Shown here one piece after another: positions 27,666 through 40,581 of a DNA stretch of 64,000 nt. The notes below the pieces were generated by a model that was not told the origin of the DNA, did not search any database, and saw only the letters and a list, made by a program, of their open reading frames with translations. Every line of letters starts with the position of its first letter. Within the stretch, counting starts at the first letter, position 1. The position numbers were made by a program, and so were the translations under genes. The stretch is from Utricularia gibba (Eukaryota > Plantae > Magnoliophyta): assembly GCA_002189035.1 (NCBI GenBank), contig NEEC01000009.1, forward strand, positions 2,728,001 to 2,792,000. The letters run 5' to 3'.

Positions 27666-28363
27666 CTAAGATCTGAGTAGATAGACGCCTAGAGAAACGC
27701 CGTACACCCAGGCCCATCTTCCCAAAATCGCCGTGGCACCATTCGACGGCGTCCTCGGAGACGGCGGGGAAGGGCAGGTGGTGCGACGGAGCTTGACACC
27801 AGATTCAATTCACCGACGGATGCGAAATTCTCTGGTGCAAAGGCATGTGTCTGCGGGACGCCGTTGAGGACCTGCCCAACCTGCCAGGACTGATTAATCG
27901 CCCGAATGGGCGCCGGCAAGGACAAATTCGCGAAAATCGTAATCCGCCCGCCGGAGATGGTTGCCCTCCTGTTCAGCACGTTGTAGCTGATGGGCGAAGG
28001 GGACGTCAAGTCGGGGCTAGTTGAGGAGAGGTTGTGGGTATCCACCACCAGGGATCCATTACTCAGTGGAAAGGCGAGCAGGGCCTGGGTACCGACCATC
28101 CTGGCAGCCGTAGGGTTTAAGCCCCACGCGACCCATCCGCTAGGCGCGGCCGGCGGCGCTGTGAACGCGATGGAAAGCGATGGATTGGGGCTCGTTCTGT
28201 ACGTCCAGTGGAGCGAGGCTCTGAGCGTCGGTAGGTCTGTGCAGTTTTCGAAATCGGAGCTGAGCTCACCAGATCCACAAGTTTGTGCGGCCGCGGGAGA
28301 TGCCACCAGAACGAGGGCGGAGATGACGAGGAGGCAGGCGACCGACCGACCGGAAATCGCCAT
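27666..28363 (-). CDS. AIR12: AIR12-like DOMON protein (tandem copy 2), short stalk; apparent -1 frameshift near C-terminus
   Basis: Highly similar to copy 1 (WVAWGLNPTAARMVGTQALLAF; VDTHNLSSTSPDL identical). Adding one C at 27766-27774 restores ...SNGATAILGRWAWVYGVSLGVYLLRS* (TAG 27666-27668), homologous to the copy-1 tail. Confidence 0.85.
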
Positions 28364-29180
28364 GGTTTGTGTGTGTGTGTGAGGGTGGATGCAGGGGATC
28401 AAGTGTCTGAGCTACCTTTTGTAATAGAGCCGTGAGAAAAGTCACACAACTGTTCTGCGAAGATGAGCAAAGGGGCATCCTTCCTATTTGGAATGTATTA
28501 TTATGGTAAAAAAAAAAAAAAAAAACTATGCGGAGGGATAGATAATAATTTTTTTATTTTTTAAAATATTTTAAAATATAACTAAATAGAAAAACGAATT
28601 GAAATAGTTTTTTTCTGATGTTGGATGGAAAAACATCTGTTGAACGAGTCAGCGGGTCTCGGACACGAGTCAAATGTTCCCATCCAAATTCCATTCACTC
28701 CTTTTCAGAAAACATATATAAATATTTTTTAAAAAATGAAATTAAAAATGGTTTTTTTGGTCAGAAAATCGATCCAAATTTTAAAAATTAATATATGGAT
28801 ATTGAGGGAAAATAATGGGTCAATAAAAGCCCAATTATGGAAGGCGGAATTTTAATTTCATTTAGCCCAAATGGTTAATACGATTTGGGCCGGTGGGGGG
28901 TCATATCTCTTGCACTCCTCGTTCATCTCCGTCTTAATTTTCTTGGGAGTCTGTTGTCGCCGCCGGCCGGTGGGTTTTTTTCCTCAGGTGCGCCGGCGTT
29001 GCCCTTTGTCTCTGATACAGTGGGTGATTTGTGGCTAAAAAATTGAATTTCGTCGTCGTGTGCTGCAGATTGTGTAATGATTTGCCACTTTTTCTAGCTG
29101 TGAAAGGGGTTTTTTTTGAAGTAGGGGAGCTTGATGTGTGGGTGAAGAAGTTGCGAGGGAGAAGATTTGTCTTGTGAAGA

Positions 29181-31847
29181 ATGGCATCCGAGAAGAAGGC
29201 GTCGGAGGGCATCTTGTTGCTGTCTATGTATGATGATGAAGAGGACGATGAGATGGAGGTTCTTGATGAACATCAAGAAGAAATGGGAACTGCCCAGGAA
29301 CCGGTGCCTCCCTCTGCAGACGCGGTTGTGTCGATGGATGAGCGTGAGGGTTCTCTTGGGATTCATAGTGTTACGGAGAATCAAGAAGGGGGAATTTCAC
29401 CTTGGCAGAGACATGAATTTCTCCGTTCTGAGTTTGATTCTCTTCAGGTTGGGAAGAAGCGAATGACTATTGTAGATTATGGACATGAAGAGGGGGCGCT
29501 GACCCCAGAGCAAGAGGTTTCTTTTTTACACCCAGAAACTTCAATTTCTCTACATTTCTCATTACTGATTTAGTTGTTGGCTAATTGCAGGATGCAGAAA
29601 CTCGAGATGCTGCCCAGCTAATCCATGGAGAACTGCCGCAGACTATTGGTGGTATGCACGTCTTCCCTTCTTATGGTGCTAATGTACGTTTCTCCTACAC
29701 TTTCCCAGGTTTATTAGCAGGGCCAATGGATTCTTGTAACGCGCGTGGCTCACTTAACTACCTGAGATAGTCATAACCAGTTACTTCTATGTAGCGCTAG
29801 ATGATGATCAATCACGTTTTTAAAAATTTTTTTTGATAAATCATGTTGTTTTTTTACTTCCATTTTTCCCTTGTTCATTATTGTATACTTGGTGAAGATA
29901 CCTGTTGTAAATAATTATCACATTATCATTTTTATGATTACAAATGTAGTTGTCTAATGAACTGTTTCTGAAAGCTGATGGAATGCTGATTACACTGCAT
30001 CTATTCCTTTTCGTATGTCAGGTGATCTCTTTCGAAAGAAGTCACCTGGGACTGCTCAGCTTTCACCTTCTGTAACTCAAGTGTCCTCTCCTGAGTTCTT
30101 GGATCAGACTGTCCTCCCTGAATCAGAGGCTCCCCTGAGTACTTTAGAGTGTGCACCAACTGACGATGTAGCAGTGGTTTCTGAGGAGGATAAAAAAGAT
30201 GCTGATCTTCTGGAGAAGTTTCTTCCACCCCCTCCCAGTACCAAGTGTTCCCAAGAAGTGCAAGTATGCGCCTTTTGAATATTATGATGTAGCACTTCTG
30301 CTATCTTTTTTTAAAAAATAATTTGTAAGTGCATCTTTTGGTTTAATGCAGGATAAAATCATTAAGTTCATTTCTCTGAAGAGGACTACAGGAAGAAACT
30401 TCAATTCAGAAGTGCGAAACAGAAAAGATTATCGAAATCCTGATTTCTTGCTTCATGCAGTGACTTATCAGAACATTGATCAAATAGGATCCTGCTTCAG
30501 TAAAGATGTCTTTGATCCACATGGGTATGATGCAAGTGACTTCTACGATGAAATAGGCATGAGCTGCTCCTAATATCTTCTGTATTTTCCGTTTTTTTGA
30601 ATTGAAATTTTACTATTGAGTTTTGATTTGTATTTGAATTCTGGATTCTTTAATGCTGATGTTCAGTTATTAGTGTCTGGCTATGCTATCGACACTGATA
30701 ACCGAATGCGGGAAATAAAATTCATATGCTTGCTGTTGTGTGCTCCATGTTTTTACATATTGTCAATTATCTACGGCAAAGTGGGCTCTGGAAGCCTGGA
30801 AGTTTGTTATTTAGTTCATTTAATCTTTTTTATTAAATAATTAAATGAGAAGTATGGGAAAGAAAAACTCTTAGACTTGCTTCATCTGTTTTCGATGCAG
30901 ATTTAAATTTTTTAATTTATTCCTGGTCACGGCTTTTGATTTTTCTGTTGTGTTAGTTTACTGAAAATATGGTGCTGTTAGTTGGCTATGTTCTGGAAAC
31001 TGTGATTCACATATTGTGAAGGGATGAACCAACCAATTTTTCCTTTCCTTTGTGTGGTTTCTTGAAATAGAAGCTGATATGAAGAGAGAGATGGAAAGAA
31101 AGGAACAAGAAAGGAAAAAGAGTCCAAGGATTGATTTTGCTTCTGCTGGGATCCAGGCACTAAATGTCATTCCAACACCTAAAGTCACCATTCCCATTCC
31201 ACGTAATTTGGACACACTTCACTCTGGATGTTGCTTCATTTCTTTCCCTTTCTCTGGTGTCTCATTCTAATGTATTCAGCTTCACTTCCCTCAGCATCTA
31301 GCGCTGCAGTTACATCATCAACTGCTCCACCCGCAAATCCAGATTTCACAACTCGGGACGGGAGACAAAAGAAGTCTAAGTGGGACAAGGTTCCTTCCTC
31401 TCTCTTGAGCATGCTCACCGTTACAGTTGAGTTAACTGAATCTTATACGCCTATGTTGTTGGTTTCAGGTGGATCCCGATCCACAGATTTGTGCATCCAC
31501 CGGTGAGCAGGAAATCTCCACTGTAGGTGCTCATGCTTCACTTCTCTCTGCCTCAAAAACCGGTGGTGGATATGCGGCATATGCGTAAGTCCTGCATGAG
31601 AACTCATTTGCATCCTTATTTCGCTATGGTCTTCCATTTCTAGAGTCATTAGGAAAACCGCATGTTCCTTTGTGGTTTCCTTGATCATGCACTCACAGGC
31701 ATTTAGTTGATGAAACCGCACACATAGTACGTTATAACCTTTTAGTGTGGTCCTGAATGCACAAATTTAACTCCTTTCAGGCGACAAAGACGAAGGGATT
31801 CTGAAGAGAATCGAGCTTCGGATAAAAAAACGGAGAGAAAGTCGTAG
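29181..31847 (+). CDS. SAP30-binding protein / HCNGP-like transcriptional regulator, 8 exons
   Basis: Acidic N-term (LLSMYDDEEDDE); HCNGP domain LPPPPSTKCSQEVQ|DKIIKF...FNSEVRNRKDYRNPDFL..IDQIGSCFSKDVFDPHGY..DFYDEI; KKSKWDK; ends DKKTERKS*. Confidence 0.88.
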
Positions 31848-32878
31848 GGACAGTGGATCGTACACCCACATTCCGATCTTGATGTATCTTCTTTATGCCC
31901 CGAGGAAGGGTTTTTCCGTGCTGTTAGGTGCTGTTTCAGCAGTTAAACTCAGGCCAAAGTGTCTGAGGATTCAGATGATTCAAAACTGGAAAACAGTTGC
32001 AGTTATGATGTAGAATCGAACCTGAGAAGAAGCTTATAAATTAGTGGTCTAAGGCTCAGATAAAGGCGACTCCAAACTGGAAAACTGTTCATAGCCCGTT
32101 GATGAGTGAATTGGGCCAAATGTCCCATGGATTGTTTTTCTTGCGCGCCTTATAAAGAGTCTTCTATCGGAGCCGTCCAGTTTTTATTCGGGCCACGATT
32201 TTCCCGCCGCGAACCACCGGCCCGGTCCAATCTTAAAATGAAAGCGTGTCGCTTTTTAAGTCTGCTTCCGAAATCCACTGCTTTTGCGTTAACCAGCCAC
32301 GAGCTGTGCGACACCGTTGCCGCCGTAACCGCTGGATATTTGTATGTTTTTACATAGTGAATTTGACTGCTATAGCTTTTCTCGGTTTCTCTTTGTGTTT
32401 TTGTTGTGATTTTCATCATCAGTGATTTGTATGTCACGTGGTCTGAGCCGGAATATATCTGTTGCTGGGAACAGTGCCAACTTTTACGAAGTTGGAACTG
32501 GGGGTAGCCTTTTTACTGTTATTCTCGTGATGTTTGAATTATGTGGTAAAACCTACTCGCGGCACTCGGTTCTGGAATGGTTGAAATGGAATAGAAATTA
32601 CTGGTTTATGTGATTGTGTATTATATAGGAATTCATATGCCACTTCTGTGTTTGTTTCATATGGGACTTCGGTTAAATCCTGCATGCTGCTAGTTATCGC
32701 CTTTCATATGTTTTTATCTCTTCGGAGTACCCGTTTTTCGTCTGGATTATGTTTACATGCTGCTATAATAACTGGAGTTCTTTTTTTATTTCTTGTATGA
32801 TTTTGGTCTATGCTTATGTTACAAGATGATGCATTTTTTTCTTAGAATTTCGGAGCAACTAAGTTTGAGAGTGCAAGG

Positions 32879-35327
32879 ATGCAGATTTGTGGTGGATCGA
32901 CAATGATAAGCCATGTTGCACAACCATTCAGTGTTAAGTCAACTGTATTTCCATCGAAATCAGTTCTAATTGGTGGGCAAACAAGGCATCTGGTATTGGG
33001 ATCAGTGAGCCCTTGTAGGTCATCTGGCCTTCAAGGAGGTGTGATCACAGGGAGCATACCTTCATCTCTGTGCGTGCCTGGACGTGAGAATGCAGATGGT
33101 ATGCTGTATAAAAAAAAAAAACGGATCAATTTACTGTGTTTTCTCTAGGAGTTGAGGAAGCTTAAATCAACAATGGTTTCTTTTACCTCATGTCACATGC
33201 AGCAGCACACACACTGACTCTTCTTTGCGTATGGTTTATTGGCATCCGTAGGTGCTGAAAAAAGCTTCAAGGATTACGGTCTGAGTGATGTTGATCCTGA
33301 GGTTCGCGCCATTATAGATAAAGAAAAGAATCGACAGTTTACAAGCTTAGAACTTATTGCCTCAGAGAACTTCACATCTCGAGCTGTGATGGAAGCTGTT
33401 GGTTCATGCCTGACCAATAAGTATTCAGAAGGACTGCCTGGAAAAAGGTAATCTTGAACAAGTATCGGATAGAGCGGCCAGTGCTTTGCACTCGCTCACT
33501 TTGTGACATCCTATGCAGATATTATGGTGGTAATGAATACATCGATGAGCTTGAGACTCTTTGTCAAGAAAGGGCTCTTGCTGCATTTAACTTGGACGCA
33601 ACAAAATGGGGTGTAAATGTTCAACCATTGTCTGGTTCTCCTGCAAATTTTGAGGTTTACACAGCAATTCTCAGTCCCCATGACCGCATAATGGTAACTC
33701 TAGTGCTCCTTCCATATGCTTTCAATATTTTTTGCAGTTAACTTAGATTGCCTACTCAATCCAGGGATTGGATTTGCCTCATGGAGGGCACTTGTCACAT
33801 GGTTTCATGACACCCAAAAGGAGGGTGTCGGGAACTTCTATTTATTTTGAATCCATGCCATATCAGCTCAACGAATCAACAGGTCTGTGGATCTTTAGCT
33901 GCTTAGTACCTCATAGCTTCATTCTGACAAGTGCTAATTGACACAGGTATTGTGGATTACGACATGCTTGAGAAAACAGCCAAGCTCTTTCGTCCGAAAC
34001 TTATTATAGCAGGTGCTAGTGCTTATCCAAGGGACTTTGACTATCCGCGTATGAGACAGGTCTGCTTTCTTCTATGCAGTATCAGTCAGCAGTTTCACTG
34101 TGTCTTTAGCATTATTTCTTCCACCTGAATTTGTCATCTTGATATATCTTGTACATTTGAAGATTGCAGATGCTGTTGGTGCTTTCCTGATGATGGACAT
34201 GGCCCATATCAGTGGCCTTGTCTCTGCTGCTGTTGTTGCCAATCCTTTCGAGTACTGCGACATTGTGACAACTACAACACACAAGGTCAAGTCTGTTTGT
34301 CATTATCTCTCCCTTAAGAGTTGCTAAACCTGCTTCGGTTCTTCAGTCTCTCAGGGGTCCAAGGGGTGGAATGATCTTTTTCAGGAAGGATCCTGTTTTG
34401 AATGTCGACCTAGAATCTGCCATAAACAATGCTGTCTTTCCAGGAATGCAGGTTTGTTATGCATGGCCTTTTCTTTTTCCCTGATTTTTTTGACAATATG
34501 TTGATATTTCTACTTTGTCTGCACAGGGAGGTCCACATAATCATACCATTGGGGGCTGGCTGTTTGTCTGAAACATGCCCAATCACCTGAGTTCAAGTCT
34601 TATCAGAAAAAGGTGGTATACTGTTTATTTCGGCAGCAGTTTTCAGCTGACATCTGATACCATTCTCGGAATTTCCAGGTGTTATCTAATTGTAGAGCTC
34701 TTGCAAGCAGACTGATTGACCTAGGCTACAGACTCGTCTCCGGAGGGAGCGATAATCATCTGGTGCTCGTCGACCTGAGGCCCTTGGTTAGTTGTATTCT
34801 GATGCCATTGTAGCGGCTCAAATACTTCATGATTTCCTGTTCTGAACACTGGGGTTCCCAATGTGTCTCCTTACAGGGTGTTGATGGTGCTAGAGTAGAA
34901 AAGATTCTTGATATGGCTTCCATAACCCTGAACAAGAACTCCGTTCCTGGTGAGTGAATTCCCATCGGTCATCACTTAACCTGTATCCATCTAAGCCTCT
35001 TTCCATTTATCCACTCTGTTGCTCATACCATCCAATATTCCTTGTGTGTTAGGAGACAAAAGTGCACTTGTTCCGGGAGGGATTCGCATCGGAACCCCTG
35101 CAATGACAACTAGGGGCTTTGGGGAAGAGGAATTCAGTAAGGTTGCTGATTTCATCCATGAAGGGGTGGAGCTAACTCTAGAAGCGAAGAAGTTGGTTTC
35201 AGGGTCCAAGCTCCAAGACTTCATGAAATTTGTGACATCTCCGAGTTTTCCTCTGAATGATCAACTCGCAGATCTTCAAAGGAGGGTGCAGCTGCTGACA
35301 ACCATGTTTCCCATACCTGGTGTGTGA
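32879..35327 (+). CDS. SHM3: Serine hydroxymethyltransferase 3, chloroplastic, 11 exons; apparent -1 frameshift at 34551-34555
   Basis: Transit peptide; [11 protein letters not shown]; [10 protein letters not shown]|YYGGNE; [13 protein letters not shown]; [11 protein letters not shown]; PLP-Lys TTTHK|SLRGPRGG; GGPHNH; LNKNSVP; [13 protein letters not shown]; ends FPIPGV*. Confidence 0.96.
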
Positions 35328-35599
35328 GCAACACACTCATAGATGTTTCCAATTCACTGCTCCATAAGCTGTGAGGGAAGACATTACAAAATCAGTTTTG
35401 CTCCTGTGTTTGACTGACTGACTTGCCTAGGGGTTTGAATAAGTGTCATATTGAACTGTCAGCTCAGCTCAATATTCGCTTGCTACCGAGAAGCCAGCCA
35501 TTAGCCTTTCTTTTCAATGCAGTGTTTATGTAGAGTAATATGAGTTTGCAAGTCTATGTGAAAAGAATCATTTGGTGGATGGGCCATTCCTTTCTCCAG

Positions 35600-38392
35600 C
35601 TAAGCTTTGCTATCGACGCTCATAGTCCCAAGGCACTGCACCATCAAATCATTGACACAATTAGGAGCTGTATCCATAACATTGTAAGCATATCTGAACT
35701 GCATCCATACATTTTTATTAGGTTTGTTGATGCTGGCGAACATGTTGCCGTAGAATGGAGCATCCATCTTGTTGTATTCCTTCACTCTCTGCTTCATATT
35801 CTTGTGCTCCATCTTCAAAGCCCTGCTGGTAAATCAAGTCTATAAGCAACTTAACACAGATGGATGCGCTCATCCATCTTCAAGGACCATCACCTGTTCT
35901 CAGGGTCTGTTTCGAGCGCTTTCTTCATGTCAAGTTCAGCTAATTCCAAATCCGCCATGTTTATGTAAGCTTGACATCTCCTGTACAGAGCCTTAACGTT
36001 TCTTCTCTCATGTTCCAATACCTTCACAATAGAAAGAAACTCGCGTAATTTATATGAAAACCCCACTCCAATAAACGCTGCTTGATGATTTATGTTTCCT
36101 TTTTGCTACCTTGGAGCAAAGTTTCTCCGCTTGTTTGTAGTCTTTGAGTTTCAGCCGACAAGCTGCATTGTTCAAGTTGAAAGTTATCTTTAATGCCTTC
36201 GCCTGCTTTTTCTCCTCATAATTGAATGACTCGTCGTCTTCAATGTACTTTTCAACCTGCAAAAAAGAGAAAATAAACCTTAGTATGAAAATGGGAGCGA
36301 CACTTACGTTCAGGGCTTCAGTCACGCTTCCATTTTGATCAATCTTGGACACTCAGGACGCAGGAGTCTTAGCTAGAGAAATGCCATACCCTCGCATATA
36401 TCCTGCTCGCTAAGGAGTATTTCCCGGCGTTAAACAAGGCATTTCCTTCTTCCTTTTTCTTAGTGGCTGCTGCTATTTTTTCTTGTGTGTTCATATCCCA
36501 AGACTCTTTTTCCTGTAGCATGGTGCAATTGTTTAAAGTGAAACCACTTAGCACGATAAAATGATGATACGACTCTTAAAGAATTTACTCAAAACAAACT
36601 CGCCTTTTCGAAAGACACAAGCTCGATCTCGTAGAAAACGGTTGAATTTGGAGGAACAACAGCCAGGTCCTGTTTAGACTCCACTGAACCAAATCCATAC
36701 TCTGGGGCAATGGTGAACAATGCCACTTCCCCTTTCCTCATAGTAATTACTGCTCTGTCTAGCCCTTCAGTCACTTGCTCTGTTGCCGCAAATACTCTTA
36801 GATGCACCAGAACGTGGAAACTATAAATATACGCACATTTATTATGGACATATACCTTCATCAGTTTTGAATTCAAATAGCTCTTCACCGTCTGCATGGC
36901 CTTTCTTAGCGAAAACAGTTCCATCTTGCAGTTTTCCGATCAATTTCACTGGCAAGGAAAAACATCCCGAATTAGCACAAAAAGGTGAACAGACAAATGA
37001 GGCGACGCAGGGAAGAAATGACAATCAGGCTTACGTCTCACAACAGTTCCTTCACTTGGCTTCTCGTATCCCTCTCCATCTTTAAGCATTTTTTTCATTA
37101 CTTTCTCGTCATCAGTAACACTCGAAACCGGTTTCCATGAAACCAATTCCAAAACTATATTCAACGAAGCATTAGGAGGAACAGCTCCTTCATCACCAGC
37201 AGCAGGCTTCCCCTCATCGCCAAAACCATCTGCATAACAATGATGAACTGCTTACTGATCCCTCATTTAAAAATCCAGAGAAAAACATCGGTTCCTAATA
37301 CTACATACACTGAGGTTTAACTGACAAATTAGCTTTCTCTCCTTTCTTCATGGTTTTCACAGCCTTCAACAGAGCAGGACAAAAATAGCCTGAAAAATAG
37401 GAATCGAGGCGTCAATTATTAACTAACAATAGAGATGTAATGGCATGAATTTCAATCTCAAAACTCACCATTCTGAAGAGTGAACTCAACGCCGTCTGAT
37501 TTTGCTATTAGAGTCCCATCTTCAAGTGTGACTTCATATTTCACTGATTCAAATGGAATGCTTCGGTTAGTTAGACCCCAAATAAGTGGAACTTCGTCTC
37601 CTTAAAAGCAACACAGTAGCTTACCAAAAACCTCATCAATATCCCTAGGGTTCTCCAATTTTTCACCCTCCATGACAATATTTTTAATTATGCCACCATC
37701 TCTGCAGATATCATTGGGACTAACAAATGCCAACAGTTCAATATCGAACTGCAAGGTTGCGTTCGGAGGGATGCCTGGGGCCGTACCAGATTCACCATAA
37801 GCCATTGCCGATGGTATCGTGAATATGGCGTTTTCTCCCTTCTTCATGGTCCTGATGCCCACCTCCCACCCCTTAATAACTAGTCCTGATACAAAAAAAA
37901 AAAAAAAAAAAAAAAACATTCGATTCATGAACAAAACTTCTCAAACTAAGCATTCATAGAAATGAATGCGCGCTCTTATTCGCAACATTAACATCCTTAA
38001 GTCGAAGGAAAAGGTTCAATCAATTTCCAAAACGCAGAAAATCAACTAACCATATCCAAGAATGAAGGAAAATGGCTCGTCTCTGTCTCGACTAGAATCG
38101 AATTTCGTCCCATCAAGAAACGTTCCCGTATAGTGAACTAATCCACGCAGTTACAACCAGCCAATCAGAACATGCAACCCCAATCCATCAAAAACGAAAA
38201 TCCATTATTCAGTTTACGCAAGAATTTACCGAACACTTCATCGCCAGTGCCGGGAGTATCCCATCCTTCACCTTCTTTGACGATCTTCTTCATCAACCCT
38301 TCGTTCCCTATCTCCTTCTCCTCTCCAACCTTCATCGAACTACTCACCTCCAGCATATCCATTTTCTCGTCGAGGCGTGCAGCAGGCGGCAT
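35600..38392 (-). CDS. FKBP62: Peptidyl-prolyl isomerase FKBP62/65 (ROF1/ROF2-like): three FKBP domains plus TPR, 13 exons
   Basis: KVGEEKEIG; [18 protein letters not shown]; [16 protein letters not shown]; [13 protein letters not shown]; two further FKBP repeats; [28 protein letters not shown]; ends MSVDSKA*. ROF1 vs ROF2 not resolved. Confidence 0.94.
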
Positions 38393-38856
38393 TTCGATAT
38401 CGTCTTCCGTTTGTGCAACGACGATTTACATACCAGAGAAATAAGAACAAGAACAAAAACAAACTCGGAAGAATCGCCGTCAATTACAGAGGATTCAGTT
38501 AACAAACAAGACGTCCGAATTGGGAGTTGGTATGAGGAAGAAGGAGACCGGAGAGCGTCAACTCACGAGTAACCGTTGCATTCCAGGACTCCGGGCGGTT
38601 AGTGAAGATTATTTTTATTTAAGGCAACCGACTAAACAACAATGAATTTGAGAGATTTTTTAATTAGATTAAAAAATTAAATATAAAATAAAAATAATTA
38701 TTTAAATTTAATTTAATAAATTTTATTTTTTAATTTTTCTAAATTATTAAATCAAACCTAAAAAATCATGAATCCAAACTTAATTCAACAACCAACGCTG
38801 GTCTTGGTGCAACGAAATCTGTGTAAGGGGACACCAAATTGCAAGAACTACCCGCT

Positions 38857-40164
38857 TCATAGATCGGTGTCATCTGCATCTTCGGATTCTTCTTCTTTAT
38901 TGTTGAGTGTCTTCCCATTGACTCCTACCAGCTCTGTTTCAAAAATAAGTGTTGCTCCACCTGCAATGCATGCCATTTATTGAGTTAGTGAGTGTCAAAA
39001 GAGTGACACATGTGACTTCAGAAGCTTAATCTGTTACCTGGGATGGTGGGTGGGGAACCCTGATCTCCATAACCGAGCTTGGAAGGAATTTTCAGCTTGC
39101 GTTTTTCTCCAATGCACGCCCCTAGAAGGCCTTGATCCCAACCTGCAGATAAAAGCTTTTTCTGAGGGTTGTTTGAGATAAGGGTGAAACAAGTCTTCCT
39201 ACAATACTCATGTGTTATTAGCTCCACATTCATTGTTAGTGATTGCAGTTTACTTGCAGCCTAGGTTTATGAAACCATTTTCATTGAAAAATAAGCAAAC
39301 AATGAACTGGCCTTTGATCACTTGGCCTGCACCGAGTTCAAATTCAATTGGATCCCCCCTTTCAAAGCTTGAATCGAACACAGTTCCATCAGTAAGTGTC
39401 CCCTGGAAGTATCAGATTAACATGAACAATCTTGAAGAAAGTCACAAATCAAGATTCCTGTGCAAAACTTTTCATTCGCTTTCTGTCACACTGGTCTCTA
39501 AAGCAAGTAGCATGTTCAACAATGTGTAGCTCTACATACCCGATAGTGTACTTTAATCCGGTCACCTTTGTGAGCCTGAACTTCACAGATTTCGGGCTTG
39601 AACTGCAGGCAGAAGGATAACAAGCATCAAATGGAAGACATGCTACAGAGGTGAGCCCCAAAATTAGCATGCCCGGGATTGAATAACATATGAAAAGATA
39701 CCATATATCAAAATCAACAGCATTGGTACAAAAATTAACTAAGAAACAGCAATCTAACACCAGAAAGGAGGAGCTGCTCAGCTAATCTTCAAAAACTGCA
39801 ACGAAAGCGTACACATTTCTTAAAACCACATCCTTACCAAACATTGTCACTAATCAGCCACTCCACTAAAAACGAAATTGTTTTCGATTTCTTTAAAAAA
39901 ATTCAGCATCCCCCTCACCAAACAAACACTGGCCTCCTCAGATTGATTACCTTGACGCCAATACGCAGCTCTGTTACATCCCCTGATGTCTTCGCGGACG
40001 CTGAATATTCCAATCAACAGACATTATCCACAAACTCCATTATTAAAATCACAAAAAAAAGACAAATCTCTAAAACAGATCCAAATTAAGACGATCCTTA
40101 TACCTAGTGCAACATAAAGCAGCAGAAGAACAGCAGCGACGCTGGCACAGTGACGGAACTTCAT
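38857..40164 (-). CDS. FKBP15: FKBP15, secretory-pathway peptidyl-prolyl isomerase, 6 exons
   Basis: Signal peptide; [11 protein letters not shown]|[21 protein letters not shown]|[23 protein letters not shown]|[26 protein letters not shown]..|[11 protein letters not shown]; ends DDTDL*. Confidence 0.93.
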
Positions 40165-40581
40165 TATGAAGAGACTGGTCTTCGCCCTTCTCCTTCGACA
40201 CTGCACAGATTCGTTCTCACGTCTCAGAAATACGGAAACGAAACTTCACAGAACTATGACAGAAATCCACCAATCACAACTTGACACCTCAACGAATGAC
40301 GTGTAACCTAGACTACGCGTTTTACCTCGGATTTGGGCCAACAATCAACTTCGATTTCTGGCCCACTAGTTCGCCCAGCACATTTTTCAATATGAATTTC
40401 AATTTTGATTTATTGGTTTTTTATGCAGATGATATTTTAAATTAAATGAAATATATTTGTCCCTACACGTCAGCATCTTTTTTGGATCATCGGATCTGTC
40501 TTCCATTTCTTCTTCTTTGTTTCGTTTCTTTCTTGGTTGTTCCTACAAATATCCAAACCAGATACCGTACGCCTTGAAGAA

